Source: Balanoglossus misakiensis (taxonomy: Eukaryota; Animalia; Hemichordata). From it: 64,000 bases of DNA. This document shows, in pieces, positions 37,401 to 51,500 of this stretch. The notes beneath the pieces are model-generated. The model did no database searches, was not told the origin of the DNA, and saw nothing but the letters and a program-made list of their open reading frames with translations. The position numbers and the translations under genes were made by a program. Location: positions 5,425,009 through 5,489,008 of the forward strand of contig CM082591.2 in assembly GCA_040954595.2 (NCBI GenBank), in the 5' to 3' direction. The stretch's first letter is position 1, and the number at the start of each line of letters is the position of its first letter.

Positions 37401-40400
37401 AAAACACACCAAGTGACCACACACAGTTCATCTCAAGTCAACAGGTGTATTTTATTGCCCTTGAATTTCAGGAAAAAATAACCAACTCTTTTACAATCTA
37501 CGAAAGGATGTCTCAATTTCAACATACAACACAAGCTAACAATCACAAACTGAAAAAACGTGACTCTGAAATACACATGCTTGAAGCTAATTTTTTTTGA
37601 GAAATATATTTTGCTACATAAATGCTATTTTAGTGAAAACAAAACAGTGCCAAGGACTTTGTGCTCCTACGTTATTAGAATGGGTATATTCACTACATCT
37701 GGCGATTTCAAAATTATTGTCTTCAAATATTTTTGAGGTAAAATTGGAAAAGAGAAAAAGAAGGCTTGTTCTCACGGAAAAAAATGTCTTGTTACAACTT
37801 TGATATGTATGTGTGGAGGTTTCATTGCTATAACGGACAATATATGAATCAGACATTTGTCACAGACCACAGTATAATGGAAAACAATGTACTTAGTAAT
37901 TAATTAGAAATAACAGCAAAATGTGTTGTATGTGTATCACAGCAATTTACATTTATGATTAGTGTCTGCCGCAGTCACTATCTCTCAACAATATTGTAGT
38001 TATTTTCATTTCCTGTTTGAATTATGCATATTGCGCGTCGACCCATTCCCTTTAATCACCCAATCACAACTTGATTGCTTATCTCAGGCTTGTGCTATGA
38101 TCTGCCAACTTTATTAAGGCCTTCACCCCTCTCTCTGTGCAGATGGATCCTTCCATGTCATTGTGAGCAATTGGAATACTCCAGAAAGCTGTGATTTAGG
38201 GGTTTGAATTTTAATATCAGACAGAGGGTGGGAAAATCACTGAGAATCCCTGAGGTGGAGAATCAGTCATGTTGCTATGGAGATTCAGTTTCATCTGCAT
38301 CACTGATTCGGCTATGCCCTGTCTGTTTCATCGAAGTGGAGTCTGAAAAATCATGATTTTGACACAGTATGATAACAAAAGACACTCAGGTGAATTAATA
38401 CTTCTTGGTAGTTATAGGTGGATGTTCATGTAAGATTTGTTTTGTCTTTGTGACTACAGACTACAGCTCATCAACAAATAACACATTACAGTATTGGTGT
38501 TAATGGTTCTTAAAAGTTATGTGCAATAAAAAACATAAAACTGTTCAATACCAGAAAGTTGAAGAGGTGTGTTTGATATTCAGAGACATTTTCGTTTATA
38601 AATTACAAAAAATACACAATACGTAAACATTGAGTCTTCATGTGTTTCTTCAAGGCATGGTAGAAAGTGTAACACCACCTGACAGTTTTCAACAGGAAGA
38701 CCTCAAAACGATATCTATGAACATCTAGGACTTCTATGACAATCTTAACGATAAATTAAACTGTATGAATTTCATTCATACTACAAGTTTGATAAATACT
38801 GAACGCATTTCAAGGAAAAAAGTTTTAAAATTACAAGGTACCACTGTCAAAGTCACTGTTTCAAGTGTTGGTATTTAATGTCCATCAGTCAATTCTTCCC
38901 TTGGTAATTAACAAGCGAAAACTGCCCCCCCCCCCTCCTTTGAGTAAAATACATACCCTGAAACAGAGGGATGTGATGTTAATACAAGTACAACTAAACG
39001 TGCTTACGTAAAAAAATGTAATGAACTAAAATATAACGTTTTTTAGTTTTGCTTCAAACTTAAAGTACTGAATACAGTTTCTATAAAATGCTAGGAAAAA
39101 AGTACCCACCCTAATTCCCTTTAGAATAGAACAGTCCTGACCACTGTATGTGATAGGACATTCCATAGAGTAGGAAAGAGGGTAGGATGGCAAGATAAAG
39201 TGCATGCTGAAAAAACCTGAAAATCTGAACAAATGTTTTTGCATTATGTTGTATGTATGTGTTGTATTGCATCGTATTGTAATGATGTATTGCATTGTGT
39301 TGTATTTCTTATCGGTGTATTATCCATTTCTATCAAAAAATTCAAGAAATGGCAACTAGTCTGTTTTTGGACTCAGATGAAAAACAATTAAAACAGAACC
39401 TAATGGACTGAGGTGTATAAGACTTTTTTGCCTTTCTGCACTTCCACGAAAAAATATACAGGAAAAAATTGAGTGAAGAAAACAATAATTAGATGTGGCC
39501 TCCAAAATACGGCTATCAGTGTACAACTCCATATTGTGAGGGTTCTATTCAAAATGGCAGTTTTTATTTTTTTTAATTATCTGAATTGGCAAAAGAAATC
39601 CATGTTAGGCTGTTTTCACAGGCCAAGACGGTGGGGGTTTTGACAATTGCTTCTGAGTGCTGAAGTCGAAAATGTTGACATCTGGAAAAGTGCTAAAAAT
39701 GATATCAAAATACTACACCAACAATAGAATAAGCACCATAGTGTACAATCTACCTTGTTATGAAAGTGCCATTAAATGAATTCACAATGATGGTAAAAAA
39801 GTACACACAAGTAAGCTTGAAATTCAGATATAAATTGACAAAACAGAACTGACAAATTCCAACAAACTAAAACTATGCTGTTTCGCCACAATTTGAACAT
39901 TTAAATCTATACTGTGCAGAATTAAACAAAAGTATTTCAAGGTACGACACATGAGGGCAGGCTTGATTGACTTTTGCCACACAAATCTGTATTACTCTTG
40001 TTAAACTATTGAGTCAATGTTGTGGTTACGATTGAGCTAAAACATCCCTGATCAATAACAATTTTATGTTTTGATACAACAGATGATGCACTTAACATCT
40101 CTCGTCATGCATGGATGCATGGTTTATCTTTTCTATCTTTTCTTTATTTATGTACACAACTTTTTCCCCACTCTAAGGTTTAACATCGCAACCTTTTACT
40201 GATTTGAAGTCTTTAACTGGCCAAGAGGTACAGGAATGGACCGATTGAGAATTTTTGTTGTAAATGTCTGTGGTACAAAATAATTCACACACTGTGACTA
40301 AAAGTATACTGTTAAAATTTTTCAAGAAATAGCTATAATGCTTCTCTGGAAATAGGTGGGATGTCAATAGTCTTGAAAATAAAGCATCACATTTTATGTG

Positions 40401-40737
40401 ATACACTCATACAGTTACACTAGACTACCCTGCTAGGAATAAAAAAGTAAACCTCTCAACATGAGATTATATATTCAACTAGAGCTATTAAACATCTTTT
40501 AGAAAAATGTAGTTTCCAACACGAGAGACCCACATAGACACGACAGGCAATAGTTCACACAAACAAAAGTATAACGCTCTATCAACTTGAGGGCGCTGTT
40601 TAAAAATGACCCCCCCCCCCCCCCCCCCCCCACACACTGAGAACAGGGGGGTTCACACTTAGCGATTCTGTTACACTCAAAAAGTTATCATGAAACACTG
40701 CCCTTGTTTGCTTTCCTGGTCTCTTAAAACTGGTTCC

Positions 40738-43700
40738 TCATAGCCCTGTGTAAGTGGCATCCATCTTTATTTCAGAGGCAGTGTCAAGTACAGGTAGTTT
40801 AGCAGCAACATCGATCACTGCTTGGCTGAAAGAACACAAGAAATTATCATAATTATTATAAACAATATTAACCCCCTTGACTACCTTGAGTGCTGGCAAA
40901 AAATGGCTATATAAAAATTACCTGTTTATCCTGAGTACAGTAAATAAACATCATAAATAAACTGGAGTTTCTCTGGTCAATATGATTTATATGATTAAGG
41001 TAATATTAGTCGAGGGAGAAGTTGATGAAAATGGATGTTTTTATTCAGTTTTTTTGTTCGCAACAAGAAAGCATCTATCAGAAAGTTCCTTAAGAATTGG
41101 GTTCATAGCTTTAACCCTTTCCCAACCAGTAGAGGTCAAATATTACCGTAGAAAACAATAAATTTAGACCAAATCTGATAGTGATGAGAGGGTTAAACAA
41201 TTTTTCTACACAATCCCACCTACCTTATTTGTTCTAAGCCTGGACTGTCGGGAACCTCGGCTAAATCATTCAACTCAACCAGCAATGGTGGAATTGATGC
41301 GTTGGGCCAGTCTAGTCGAAAGCACAGCATCTTTTCATTATGCAAGGAGGCTATGGACCGCAAGTTTGTCATCTTCATGATTAGTCGGGCGAACAGGTGG
41401 TGGTCGCGGTTGGCGTGTTTTCCGACTTCTCTCCGTAGGCATTCCAGGAGTTTTTCCTGCAGTTGTTCGATGGGGTGTGGGTCCCTTACTCCAGGACGAT
41501 CTGGAAATAGATGAGATTTTGATAAAGATGTAAAGCTGAAGGTATAAAATAAACACAACAAACAGAGACACAGTGCTGCAGTAAAACACTAGTCACCTGT
41601 AGTGGGGATACAAAAAGGATACCCCACCACAGGTGCCAGGAAGGGTGGGTGGGTTTTTTAAGGTTACACTGCACAAGCTGTGAAGATATTGAATGAATAC
41701 ATATGCACAACTAGTGTACATGCGTACAGACTTTGGCTAATTATAATGTTAAAAGCAAGCTTATATTACTCGTTCAAAGAAATAATTTAGGTACATAAAA
41801 CTACCAGGTACATTTTTTAAAAAGTGTCAAAATTTTGTAGAAAACAACAAAGGAGATCTAGAATGGATATTTTTAGGAGAATAATGCTATAAAATCATGT
41901 GATAGTTCAACAGCAACTACACCTCACCTCCGCAAGTCAAGATGACTGCAGTAAAGAGCGCAATCTCGGTGTCCGTCAACTGCAACTGATGCAGGCTGGT
42001 GGCGAACTCAAAGACAGCCTTCCACAGCTCGTTCATGTTGAGCTGTTCCAGATGCGCTTTTGTAAATATCTGATCCTCTTCCAACGTGAGGGTCTCGTCT
42101 TCCGGGCACAGCACGCGAGATATCCTCACCAGCCAGGCCTCAAAGAAACCCTGCTTCAGAAGCGTCATTTGGTCCTCCTGTTGTGAAGTAAACAAAGTGG
42201 TTGCATTTTCAGTGCCATAGTCAACTTGTCGTCATCTTTCAGAAAATAACCTGTCATGAATTTGTCAACATTTTTTCTCAAATTTTGATTAAGACCTAAA
42301 GACAGTGGAAATCTACATCCACTTGGTCTAAAAATAAGGGGAAAACTTAGAGAAAAATGTGTGAAAATGTTGTACCACGTTTTGACAGAGAAAACGTAAG
42401 TGGCATTCAAAGGGTTAAATATTTATGATGCAAATTTAAGAAATGTACTAAAAATCTGTTTATTGGAGAAGGAGCACACTTGATTTATTAATCCTTGTAG
42501 GGTAAAACCTGTTTGAACTGGACACCAAAGGGACTGAAAATAATATTCGGTTTGCAGAGGTGTCTGGTTTATGGAGGTTCTATGTCAAAGGGACTGGAAA
42601 ATGTGTTCGGTAAAGACAGGTTTCCAGATTAGACAGGGTTCGGTTTAGACAGGTTTTACTCTAATGTAAATTAATATAGATATTGACATACTATGGTGTG
42701 AGAAATATGATCCCAGGTCCTTGGGAGTGTGAGATTCTATTAATCTTTACCTGTGAGAGGACCATAAACCCTGGCAGACATTTGGCAAATTCGATGACGT
42801 TTCTAATCCCTGGAGTCATTGCTTCACAGAAAATTGTCCACATCAGCAAAGTTGGGTCGGTATTCACGGTGTCTAAGGCTAGATCAACTTTGGGTAATGC
42901 CGCTATCTGTCCAACTGGTATTGATGCCTGAGAAAAAAAAAATACCATAAAAACAAAAGTCGCCCCATGTTGGGCGCCAAAAACCATACTAATATAAACT
43001 GGAAACAACTCGAACTTGACAACTACACAAATGAATTTGATTTTTTTTATCACATGATTTCTATGTTGATTTTTTTCGTTCTAAAACATATAACTTCTAA
43101 AAAAACTTTTAAATCATTCAATCACATAATACTAATTGCATTCAGGTAAAAGGGTGACAACTCACTGTAGTAAGAGTTTGAAAAAATGATGTTAGCTGTA
43201 TTACATGACTTCCTTTGATAAAACATTTCTGTATTTGTAGTTAAGCATATAAGCCTCATTCAACTTTATTCACATTTTTGTTAATTTTTCTGTTACAAAG
43301 TTACACAATGACCCAGTTTCCCTTTAGCTTATGAACTTCCTTTTCTCAAACACGGCAAAAATCGGCCATCTTGAAATTGTGTCGACCATATGAGATTTTC
43401 ATCACTCACCTAGGTAGTAAAAACCTATTTAAGGTAGCGAGAATTGTAGCACAGTCAATCTCTGCCTTCACAGACTAGAAATACTCCCCATCCACAGGCA
43501 AAAAAAAACACTCACCATCAAATTATTCTTAACTTCCAGCAACTGAGTGGCTCTCTCTACAGTATAGGCACACGTGAGTTCATGGGCTTTGCCGACCGTC
43601 TGCGTCAGGTTGTAGAGTTCATACTCCCTCTTCTCTCTTGTGTCTCTCTCTTCGGGCGTTTCTAACGGCGTAGTGGAGCTCAGCTTGTCGTCCATTGTGT

Positions 43701-45571
43701 TCTGTTTGCCTTTCTTGGAGTATCTACCTATTCTGACTGCTGCAAAGAAGGATGGCTTGGTATCAAAATCCTTTGATGATGACAAAACAAATAACAATAA
43801 CAACAATAATAACAATAACGACTGTTTTGCAAAATGAGGCCCCACTGTACTATTGCATAGAAGTGTTTAATTAAATTTTCTGTGAATTTCTGGGAGAAAA
43901 TCTCATTTTCCAGTACTGAAGATAGCGACGCAGCAGCCCTAAAATAACCAAAAATAGTTTAGAAATATACTCAACTATTTTCTCTGAGAAGTAACACATC
44001 ATAAAATCAATTTATAAGAAGAGAATGAAATGATACTCACAATCTTTTGACATTCCAACAGCCACACATTTTTTGAATCGACAGTGCTGACATCGATTAC
44101 GATTTATTCGTTCTATCAGACAGTTGCCATTAAAGTGACACCGATATTCAATCTTTTTCTGAATACTTCGTCTGAAGAAACCCTACAAGAGAAGAGAATA
44201 TAAGTGTGAAAGAGCACATTTTTCCCGGTTAAAAACCATCCTACATTAATGAACTTGTACGCCCCCCCCCCAAAAAAAAAAAAAAAACCAAGCCACATCA
44301 GCATATTTTGAATACTGCCCTCTAGGGTTCATAACCAAGGTTTTCTTTGTGTAACTTCGAAGACCCTTTTGAGTTTCATGTCTTTCTGTGGGAACGAAGA
44401 GAAAGTCAAATTTGAAACTGAGTACACATATTCTGTTAAAATCAGTCTAGGAAATCCTTTTCAAACTCCAAACTGTTAAGATTAAACTGGTCTTTCTTCA
44501 GTCCCTTTAATTAAGACAGGTTCTACTGTACCCAAGTCTTAACTTTACCAATGGAAAATACGTTTTTTAGATATAACATTGGATATGGTAGGGAGAGGGA
44601 GGGGGGGGGGGGTGATTGAAATCTGAAAAATAACTGAAAGGCAAGTGTTTCAATGACAGCAACCTGTTTCACTGCTGATCTTGGCCTTGCCTCCAAATCA
44701 CCCACTGAAACTCAAACTGTTTTTGTTTTGAAAGTTGAGACGAAAACACAGCCTTTATCCTTCAGAGGGTCACCGCGACACTGGGAAAACACTATAACCA
44801 ATGTCAGTGGGAAAAAAACACAGACCTTTATGTGGTAAATTCAATGCAACCTCAAGTGACAATCAAATGAGGTCTAAGGATGTTTGATGCACCGCTTGAT
44901 ATAATTATATTTCTCAGCAGTGAGCTAGTGTACTATAAACAACATTAGACTAAGTTGGTCCTAAATAAGATCACTTGAATCAATGTGTACTGGAAATATA
45001 TCCTCTGTAACTGACTTGTTTTTTAAATATCACTGTGGTTTTATACCTAATTGAGTAAGGTTCTCTTGATATTTTGTCTACAATAAAATAACAAAAACAG
45101 TAACACACATGCATGCTATGTTTATGAACAAAGTTTCTTGTTCAAATTCCTAAAGCACGATGAAATGCCCAGCGTTTAGTTTATCAACACAACATATGTG
45201 TACAGTCAGCTTTGTAATGGTGCAAAATTTGAATTCAAGTCCGGACTAGAATTCATTTGTCAATAATAACAATGGCCGTTACACACAGCCTATGTTGACA
45301 AGTGGAGTACTGGGTATATTAGCATGCTGTTTGAAGTGGAACAAGAAATTGCATTTGGTACACAGAACAAAAATACTGAAAAATAAGGTCAAAAGTTACA
45401 GCCAATGTCCCTTTAAAGGTTTTCCACACCGCGATGAAACTGAAATGTAAACTTAATTACCTTGCAACCTTCGCACGCCATGACACCATAATGAAAGCCA
45501 GACGACTTATCCCCACACACTTTGCATGGTAAGGCAGGTTCTTGTTCGACAGCTCGACTGCATTGTCCCAT
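40738..45571 (-). CDS. Nuclear receptor subfamily 1, E78 (NR1E)/Rev-erb-related, ~422 aa (394 aa if the last intron is not spliced)
   Basis: Exons 45579-45461 (first in-frame ATG 45571; [22 protein letters not shown]), 44182-44041 ([39 protein letters not shown]), 43739-43516, 42927-42751 ([14 protein letters not shown]), 42177-41928 ([16 protein letters not shown]), 41500-41224 (DRPG...[25 protein letters not shown]), candidate last exon 40825-40738. GFFE.W and F+LxW..PPL..E resemble E78. Further upstream exons are possible. Confidence 0.9.
41115..41192. mobile_element. Family C piggyBac-like MITE
   Basis: TTAA-cccttt...gagaggg-TTAA with the family C interior. Confidence 0.7.
45200..45412. 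mobile_element. Family D MITE, reverse-oriented partial copy
   Basis: agtccggactagaattc...aaaagttacagccaatgtccct-TTAA is the reverse complement of ~14634-14830; left boundary approximate. Confidence 0.65.
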
Positions 45572-46155
45572 ACTGTCATCTGCAAAATAACAACGATAAG
45601 ATTTGCTATGAGGATTCTGAAGTTTTTTCCTATTTTATTTATGGTTTTATTGTAGTCAGTATACATGTGGTGAGTTTAATGGATCAGGGTAGAGGATTTA
45701 TCAAATCCGACAAAAAATCTATAACAGAAAGAATTTTATCAGGTTTCTGATGTTTCTCTTAGCGTTTTATTCATGGTTTTGCTGCAGTCAGTGTTCATAT
45801 CGTGAATTTTGCGGATAAGGGTAGGAAGATTGATTTAATCCTCCAAAAATCTATGTCTGTAAGGATGTAAATAATTCTGGCATATAACCATGTTGAGACG
45901 CTCAATTAGCACAAATTATACTGGATAACAATTGTACAACAAACATTGTCAGTATGCTTTGCATCTATATTCAACATAAATGTATAACATCTCAACAAAG
46001 TTCATGTTTTTTTACTTTATTTAAATCAGGAAAAAGCTTCTCATAATACGTACATCATTTACATTTTACACTAAGTTTTAAAAGTAACGATTTTACAGAA
46101 AATACAAAATGGATTTATCTATGATAACTGTGCTGGTTTACCAGTACTCCTGCAA

Positions 46156-46180
46156 GAGAGAGAGAGAGAGAGAGAGAGAG
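46156..46180. repeat. (AG)n microsatellite
   Basis: Perfect AG dinucleotide run. Confidence 0.9.
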
Positions 46181-48444
46181 ATTTCACAAGTGGTCATGAG
46201 ACCTTGTATGGGATACATACATATATTTCAGAATGTAAAACTAGCAATGATGAGATATTGTGAAAAATCTGGCAAACCAGATGCAAGAGTCTGAACACAT
46301 CCTGATTGCAATTTGAAAATCAGTCGTTGTGTCGAGACCGTCACACTCTTTTCTTTGCATTCGATAATGGAAAGGCAATCGCATCTGTGGTGGAAATGGA
46401 CAAACATTGAAGAAGGTCTCTTATTTCCTCTTAAAAGAGATCCCAATTTTTTTCTTTTTTTGCGCTGAATTCTTAAGTGTTTCGCCGCCATGCATGTATG
46501 CAGCCACGCACCTGTAGTTCCTTTTCATCAGTTTTTTGTTGTTGTTGCAAATGTAAAATGTAGTGCTTCGATCACGTCTGAATCTGAAGCAATCAATCCT
46601 GCCTGTGTGTGTGCTTTCAGTTAATGTGAGTGTTGTTGAAAGACAATAATTTTTTTATTGCATGTAGTTAATTGTTCTGAGCATAAATATTTAAAACATG
46701 TTTTAACCTTCAAAAATATATATGTATGGATATAAAATATAAATTGGTGCCATTTTTTTCATGGTCACATATAATATCATCACAATTATGCTAAGCTAAC
46801 CAGTGCAGACTCAATGACTTGTACATTTAGTAATTTCAAACACTTTTCACATGGAAAAGATACACGAAAAGTAAAATTGCAGGATTTTGCCAATTTACTA
46901 GAGAAAATGCTATGAAAACCATCCGACCATCATTATTTTGATATCAAACTGCCTCTGAGGGAATATATCTTTTTATTGTTGCAGTGCTGAGCTGTTTAAC
47001 AAAGAAACGTCGGGCGCAGACTGCCACTTGCGCTAAGTAACTACAACCATTGCCCGTCATTAACAGATCTAGACAACCTTCAAAATCCGCACAGTCTATT
47101 ATAGCGTTTGGCCTTGCATGTTTTAGTGCTCGGCAAGGCCTTCGTTGCTTCACCAAATGCAGCGGTCTGGAACTGCTGCAGACTCCCAGCTGCCCTCTGT
47201 GTGTGTGCAGCGTTGTGTGAAGCTGAACACCATAAAAACGCCATCATTTGGCCTTAGTCCAGAATTTTTCACGCATCTTGGAGGATAATACAACGATGTG
47301 CGGTCTTGTGGAAAGCCGCGAATACCACAAAACCTACCCCCCATTTGTACTCGCGCACACGTCAAATTCATCTACCCTCACCAATCACCCATAAAAGCAT
47401 CATTGTTTAGTCAAAGAATTAAGCACGCTAAATGCAGACTTGAGCTATATATATTCATATACTTTCACGGCTGCGTGATATCTGCAGAAACCACTTTCTT
47501 TATCCTTTCAAGACGAGAGAATTCATATGGAAAATTGGAAAGTTTCATCAGATTTTTATCTGTCATTGTCAAGAACATCACAATATGGCTGACATCATTC
47601 AGTCTGGAAATTGGTCTTTGTTATGCAAAGCAATTTCATCACGATAGTTTCCTTTTTCGATTTTTCCCTTTCTATGATCCAAATTAAAGGACAATAGAGA
47701 AAGAAAATTGCTGAAATTTGGAAAAGAACTTTCTGACGTATTATTTTCCTAAAAATGGCTGAATTACACAAAGAAACGACCACTGTATACGGTAGTAGGT
47801 TTATAACAAGATCGAAAGGCCGCTATAATTCTGAATACTACAAGTATTCATATGAAAAAGTGCTGGAGTGGACCAACACATGTGGTGAAATGGTTAATCA
47901 ACACATTTGAAATTTAAAGCCAAAATACTGATGTTTTCTGCAGAATTCTACAAAGACCTGAACAATGACCTACAAATTAAAACCTTGATCTGTTGAAAAA
48001 TAAAAAATGTCTATCAGGAACAAGTGCAGATCGAAACACAGGAAGAGATTAAAACACCAAAGTCACGGAATTCAATAAAGTTGATGTAATTTTGAGTGAA
48101 AAACACCTTGACACCCTATCAAAGCCATCGCTAAATCCAAACTTCTTCTCTGATTGGCAGATGCTTATCAGCGACGGATATCCCAAATTTCTCAAAAATC
48201 CCCCAAAATCCCAGCCCCAGTTTCTGACATTGGGTCCAGCTAGGTCATCTAATTAATTGGCTCCGACACAGGCCCCTTCTGCGTGGCTGTATCCATTAAG
48301 AGGCAGCTGCCGTAAACTTGATATTGTTAGCGTTAGAAGGACATGGGAACGCAGAAGGACGGCCATATTTAGAGGACATTGCCCTTGTTTGTAGAATTCA
48401 GGGACAATTCATGAAATTATTTACAGCACGCAGCTGACAGCCAG

Positions 48445-48568
48445 AATTCAATATTTGTACTATGATTATTCTTCTCAAATCTTCTTGAAAATTGTTTGCC
48501 TGTAATTCAATATTTGTACTATGATTATTTTTCTCAAACCTTCTTGAAAATTGTTTGTCTGTAATTCA
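48445..48568. repeat. Tandem duplication of a ~59-bp AT-rich unit
   Basis: aattcaatatttgtactatgattatt.ttctcaaa.cttcttgaaaattgtttg.ctgt occurs twice in tandem. Confidence 0.8.
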
Positions 48569-51500
48569 CTGTTGCCCACAACACAAACGTCTAGTAGACG
48601 CATGATTTTATAAAACATAAACAACCATTCCAAATGTTTTCCAATATATTTTCTCATGACGTGAACACTAAAGAGATATTATTTTCTAACATTTCTGTTT
48701 CTTTTATACTGTCTGACAAAAGATATCATAATTCAAATGAGACAATACTGTTGCTTTATACATTCACAGAATACAAAAATATCAGAAACTGTGCTGTACC
48801 AGCTTATGAATGTTAAAAAACTAATTTTAACGACGTAATTCTGAACAATAAAAAAGCACAGGTAGAAATTAAAAATAACATTGTTAGAATAGTTGTTCAT
48901 GTAATACTTTCATACTAATTTAAGATATTTGTTTAGTTTGCAAGTAATTTAATTCCTAAACTGGTGGTAAAATAGGTTCCAACATAGTATGATATGTAAT
49001 TATGCTTGTAATACGTTCTCTAATTTCATCAATACCATCAACAGCAACAGCTTACTATCAAATGATGTGTATTCACAAATTATGTAAAATTAAACACAGG
49101 GATGTCTGAAGGTGCCATAAACTATTGAAAACATGCAAAAGGATACTGCACGTTTTTTCAAAAATAACAAATAGATTCTTTTTTGCCGCAAATAGCAATT
49201 ATCACTGAAGGCCAGGTAACAAAAGGGGACATCACACATATATTTTAAGGTTGACAAATAAATCATTTTTGGCATTTTATTTATACACCTACTGTCATAA
49301 CTTATGGAATTCAGCTACCATATTCAATGTTTCCATATTTGTACATTGCACGTAGTTCCAATATGGCTGACGCACGTTTATGTGCCTACGTGCTAAGTGA
49401 CGACAGAAACTTTCTACTTTTGGCTGGATGCCAATTCGTTCGCATAATTTTGTAAACATTTCATCCAGTTCTCGTATGCTTTGATTTCACGGAAAATGTT
49501 CAGTCACTTTCAAAATTTACCATAAAATTGTCTTATCTGCAGAAAATTATAGATTTGGGTTCGCGAGTTGTAAAATAACGGTATGATACCATTCACAGGC
49601 TGTAAGTCCTCATCCATATGTGGCCGTATTATTTTAACAAGCCCATGTTAATGAATGGTGTATCATATCAGTTGGGAGGAAACGCGGCAAGCTGGTCTTA
49701 CATTGATATTACTGGTCTCAAGGTGAAAGTCGACTGAAAAGAACTACAAAAGTTAGAGACATTGACCAATTACCTCCATCCAAGGTAAATAACAAGGTCA
49801 ATAGTGATTAATTACCATGGGAGATCAAATATAACATAAGCAGCCATGCATGGAGAAACTTTTGTTCCCATGTGAAATCTTGACCACAAGCTGCTGATAA
49901 TCATTTGAATTTCAACATCAGACATATATGGATCAGCTGATGCATGTTGTACAATCAAACGTTTAATCAGACAAGCTCAGTTTAAAGTATTATTTTGTTT
50001 TTAGTATAAAATATTCCAACATTTTAATAAGTCTTTTAGGGTTGATTCAAGGAAACCAATATATGGCTTACGATAAGTTTTGGTGTGACATGCTGAGACC
50101 GATCAACCACAATTGATGTACATGTATGACTATATGAATACTCGCAATATTCGTCATAAAACGAATGCTTTGTAATACTAATACACAAAGAACAGAGAAA
50201 TACTGTAGTATGTGTTACTTTGCAAATCACAATATTTCAGTTGTTGAAAAAATAATCCCCTACACTCAAATGGACTTCTTGTTTCTCAGCTTAATGACTG
50301 CATCATGGCTGTTGTCTAAAACAATAGCTTGGCAATATGATCCAATATGGCCGATACTAACCTCTGGATAGACACGTTTGCATGAGATATACTTTTTATT
50401 TGAATGTATAAAGTCATGGAAAAATGCAAAAGGTTCCATACTGTAGGGCTCTAATGTAGCTTCCAATTGAAAAGGTAAATTTAAATTAAGACAGAGTAGA
50501 ATTTTATCGTCAAATTCAGTCTGCCGCCATATAATAAAATGCAGTAAACAGAATAGTCAGTCTCACAAGGGCATTCACAATAAATCAGGATAAAACACAG
50601 ACACCTCATCAGCGTTGTGGTTCCTTTTAATCTTTATGGGACTTCAGTTTAGCCAAGCGATTACAAAAGCTGTCATACAAATGAATCTGGGGACTTTAAT
50701 TAATGTTGGCAAGTATCAAACAGTTAATCTGCTAGTAGAATCCAAGGGTAGTTTTGAAGGATATGTCTTATTATCACAGTAGAGGTTTTAACTGTTTTGA
50801 AAATCTGTTGAATAATGTAGTTGTATGCATGACGCCAATGACAAAATTTCTCTTCTTGTGTCCTGTCTGTATGTATAAGCAAATCACGACAGATTTGAAC
50901 AAGAAATTGTAGGCGATGGATAAATCAAAAACACTACAAAATAAAATAAACCCAAATTAAAGATCGAGCTGATGGAGCTCAAAGTAAACTAATTTCTGTT
51001 AGTTTTAATGTCTCAAAATTTAATTGAAAACGAAGAAAACTTATTATAAATTTGTGATAAATGCGATTTACTGCTCAACGTGTTTTCATTTTCAAGATTA
51101 TCATTTTCTGTTGTTTATATGTTGCCTTTTTAACATTCTATCGTAGAAATACATCTGCAGTAAATCTAGAGCTGCACAGCAAAATGAGAGCAGGTGTGTT
51201 GGATGAACGTGCGAAGATTTTACATAAAAGCATCGACTCTGCTCCATTTCTCTGAATTCGCGTCTCACTGACATATTACTTTCATTTTGTGATAATATCG
51301 TCTCGCTGATCACAGAATACATGTGCATATTTTGTTGCTTGTCTTTTGTTGCCAGCGGCTTCTGGAGCGATATCCTTGATAACTATGTCTTCTTTTGATC
51401 AGCGAGGAGCCTTTCTCATTCAGACTACGCACACGACCACAGGGCCATTTTCGGTATCTTTCAGTAAAAAAAGAAATCTTTGAAAAATATCGGCTCCTTG

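Noticed and set aside
43309-43319. Perfect RORE/RevRE (AAACTGGGTCA) inside the receptor gene, with others at ~4028 and ~5126, suggesting autoregulation
   Set aside because: A rough base-composition estimate predicts one to two such matches by chance in 64 kb, so there is no evidence of enrichment.
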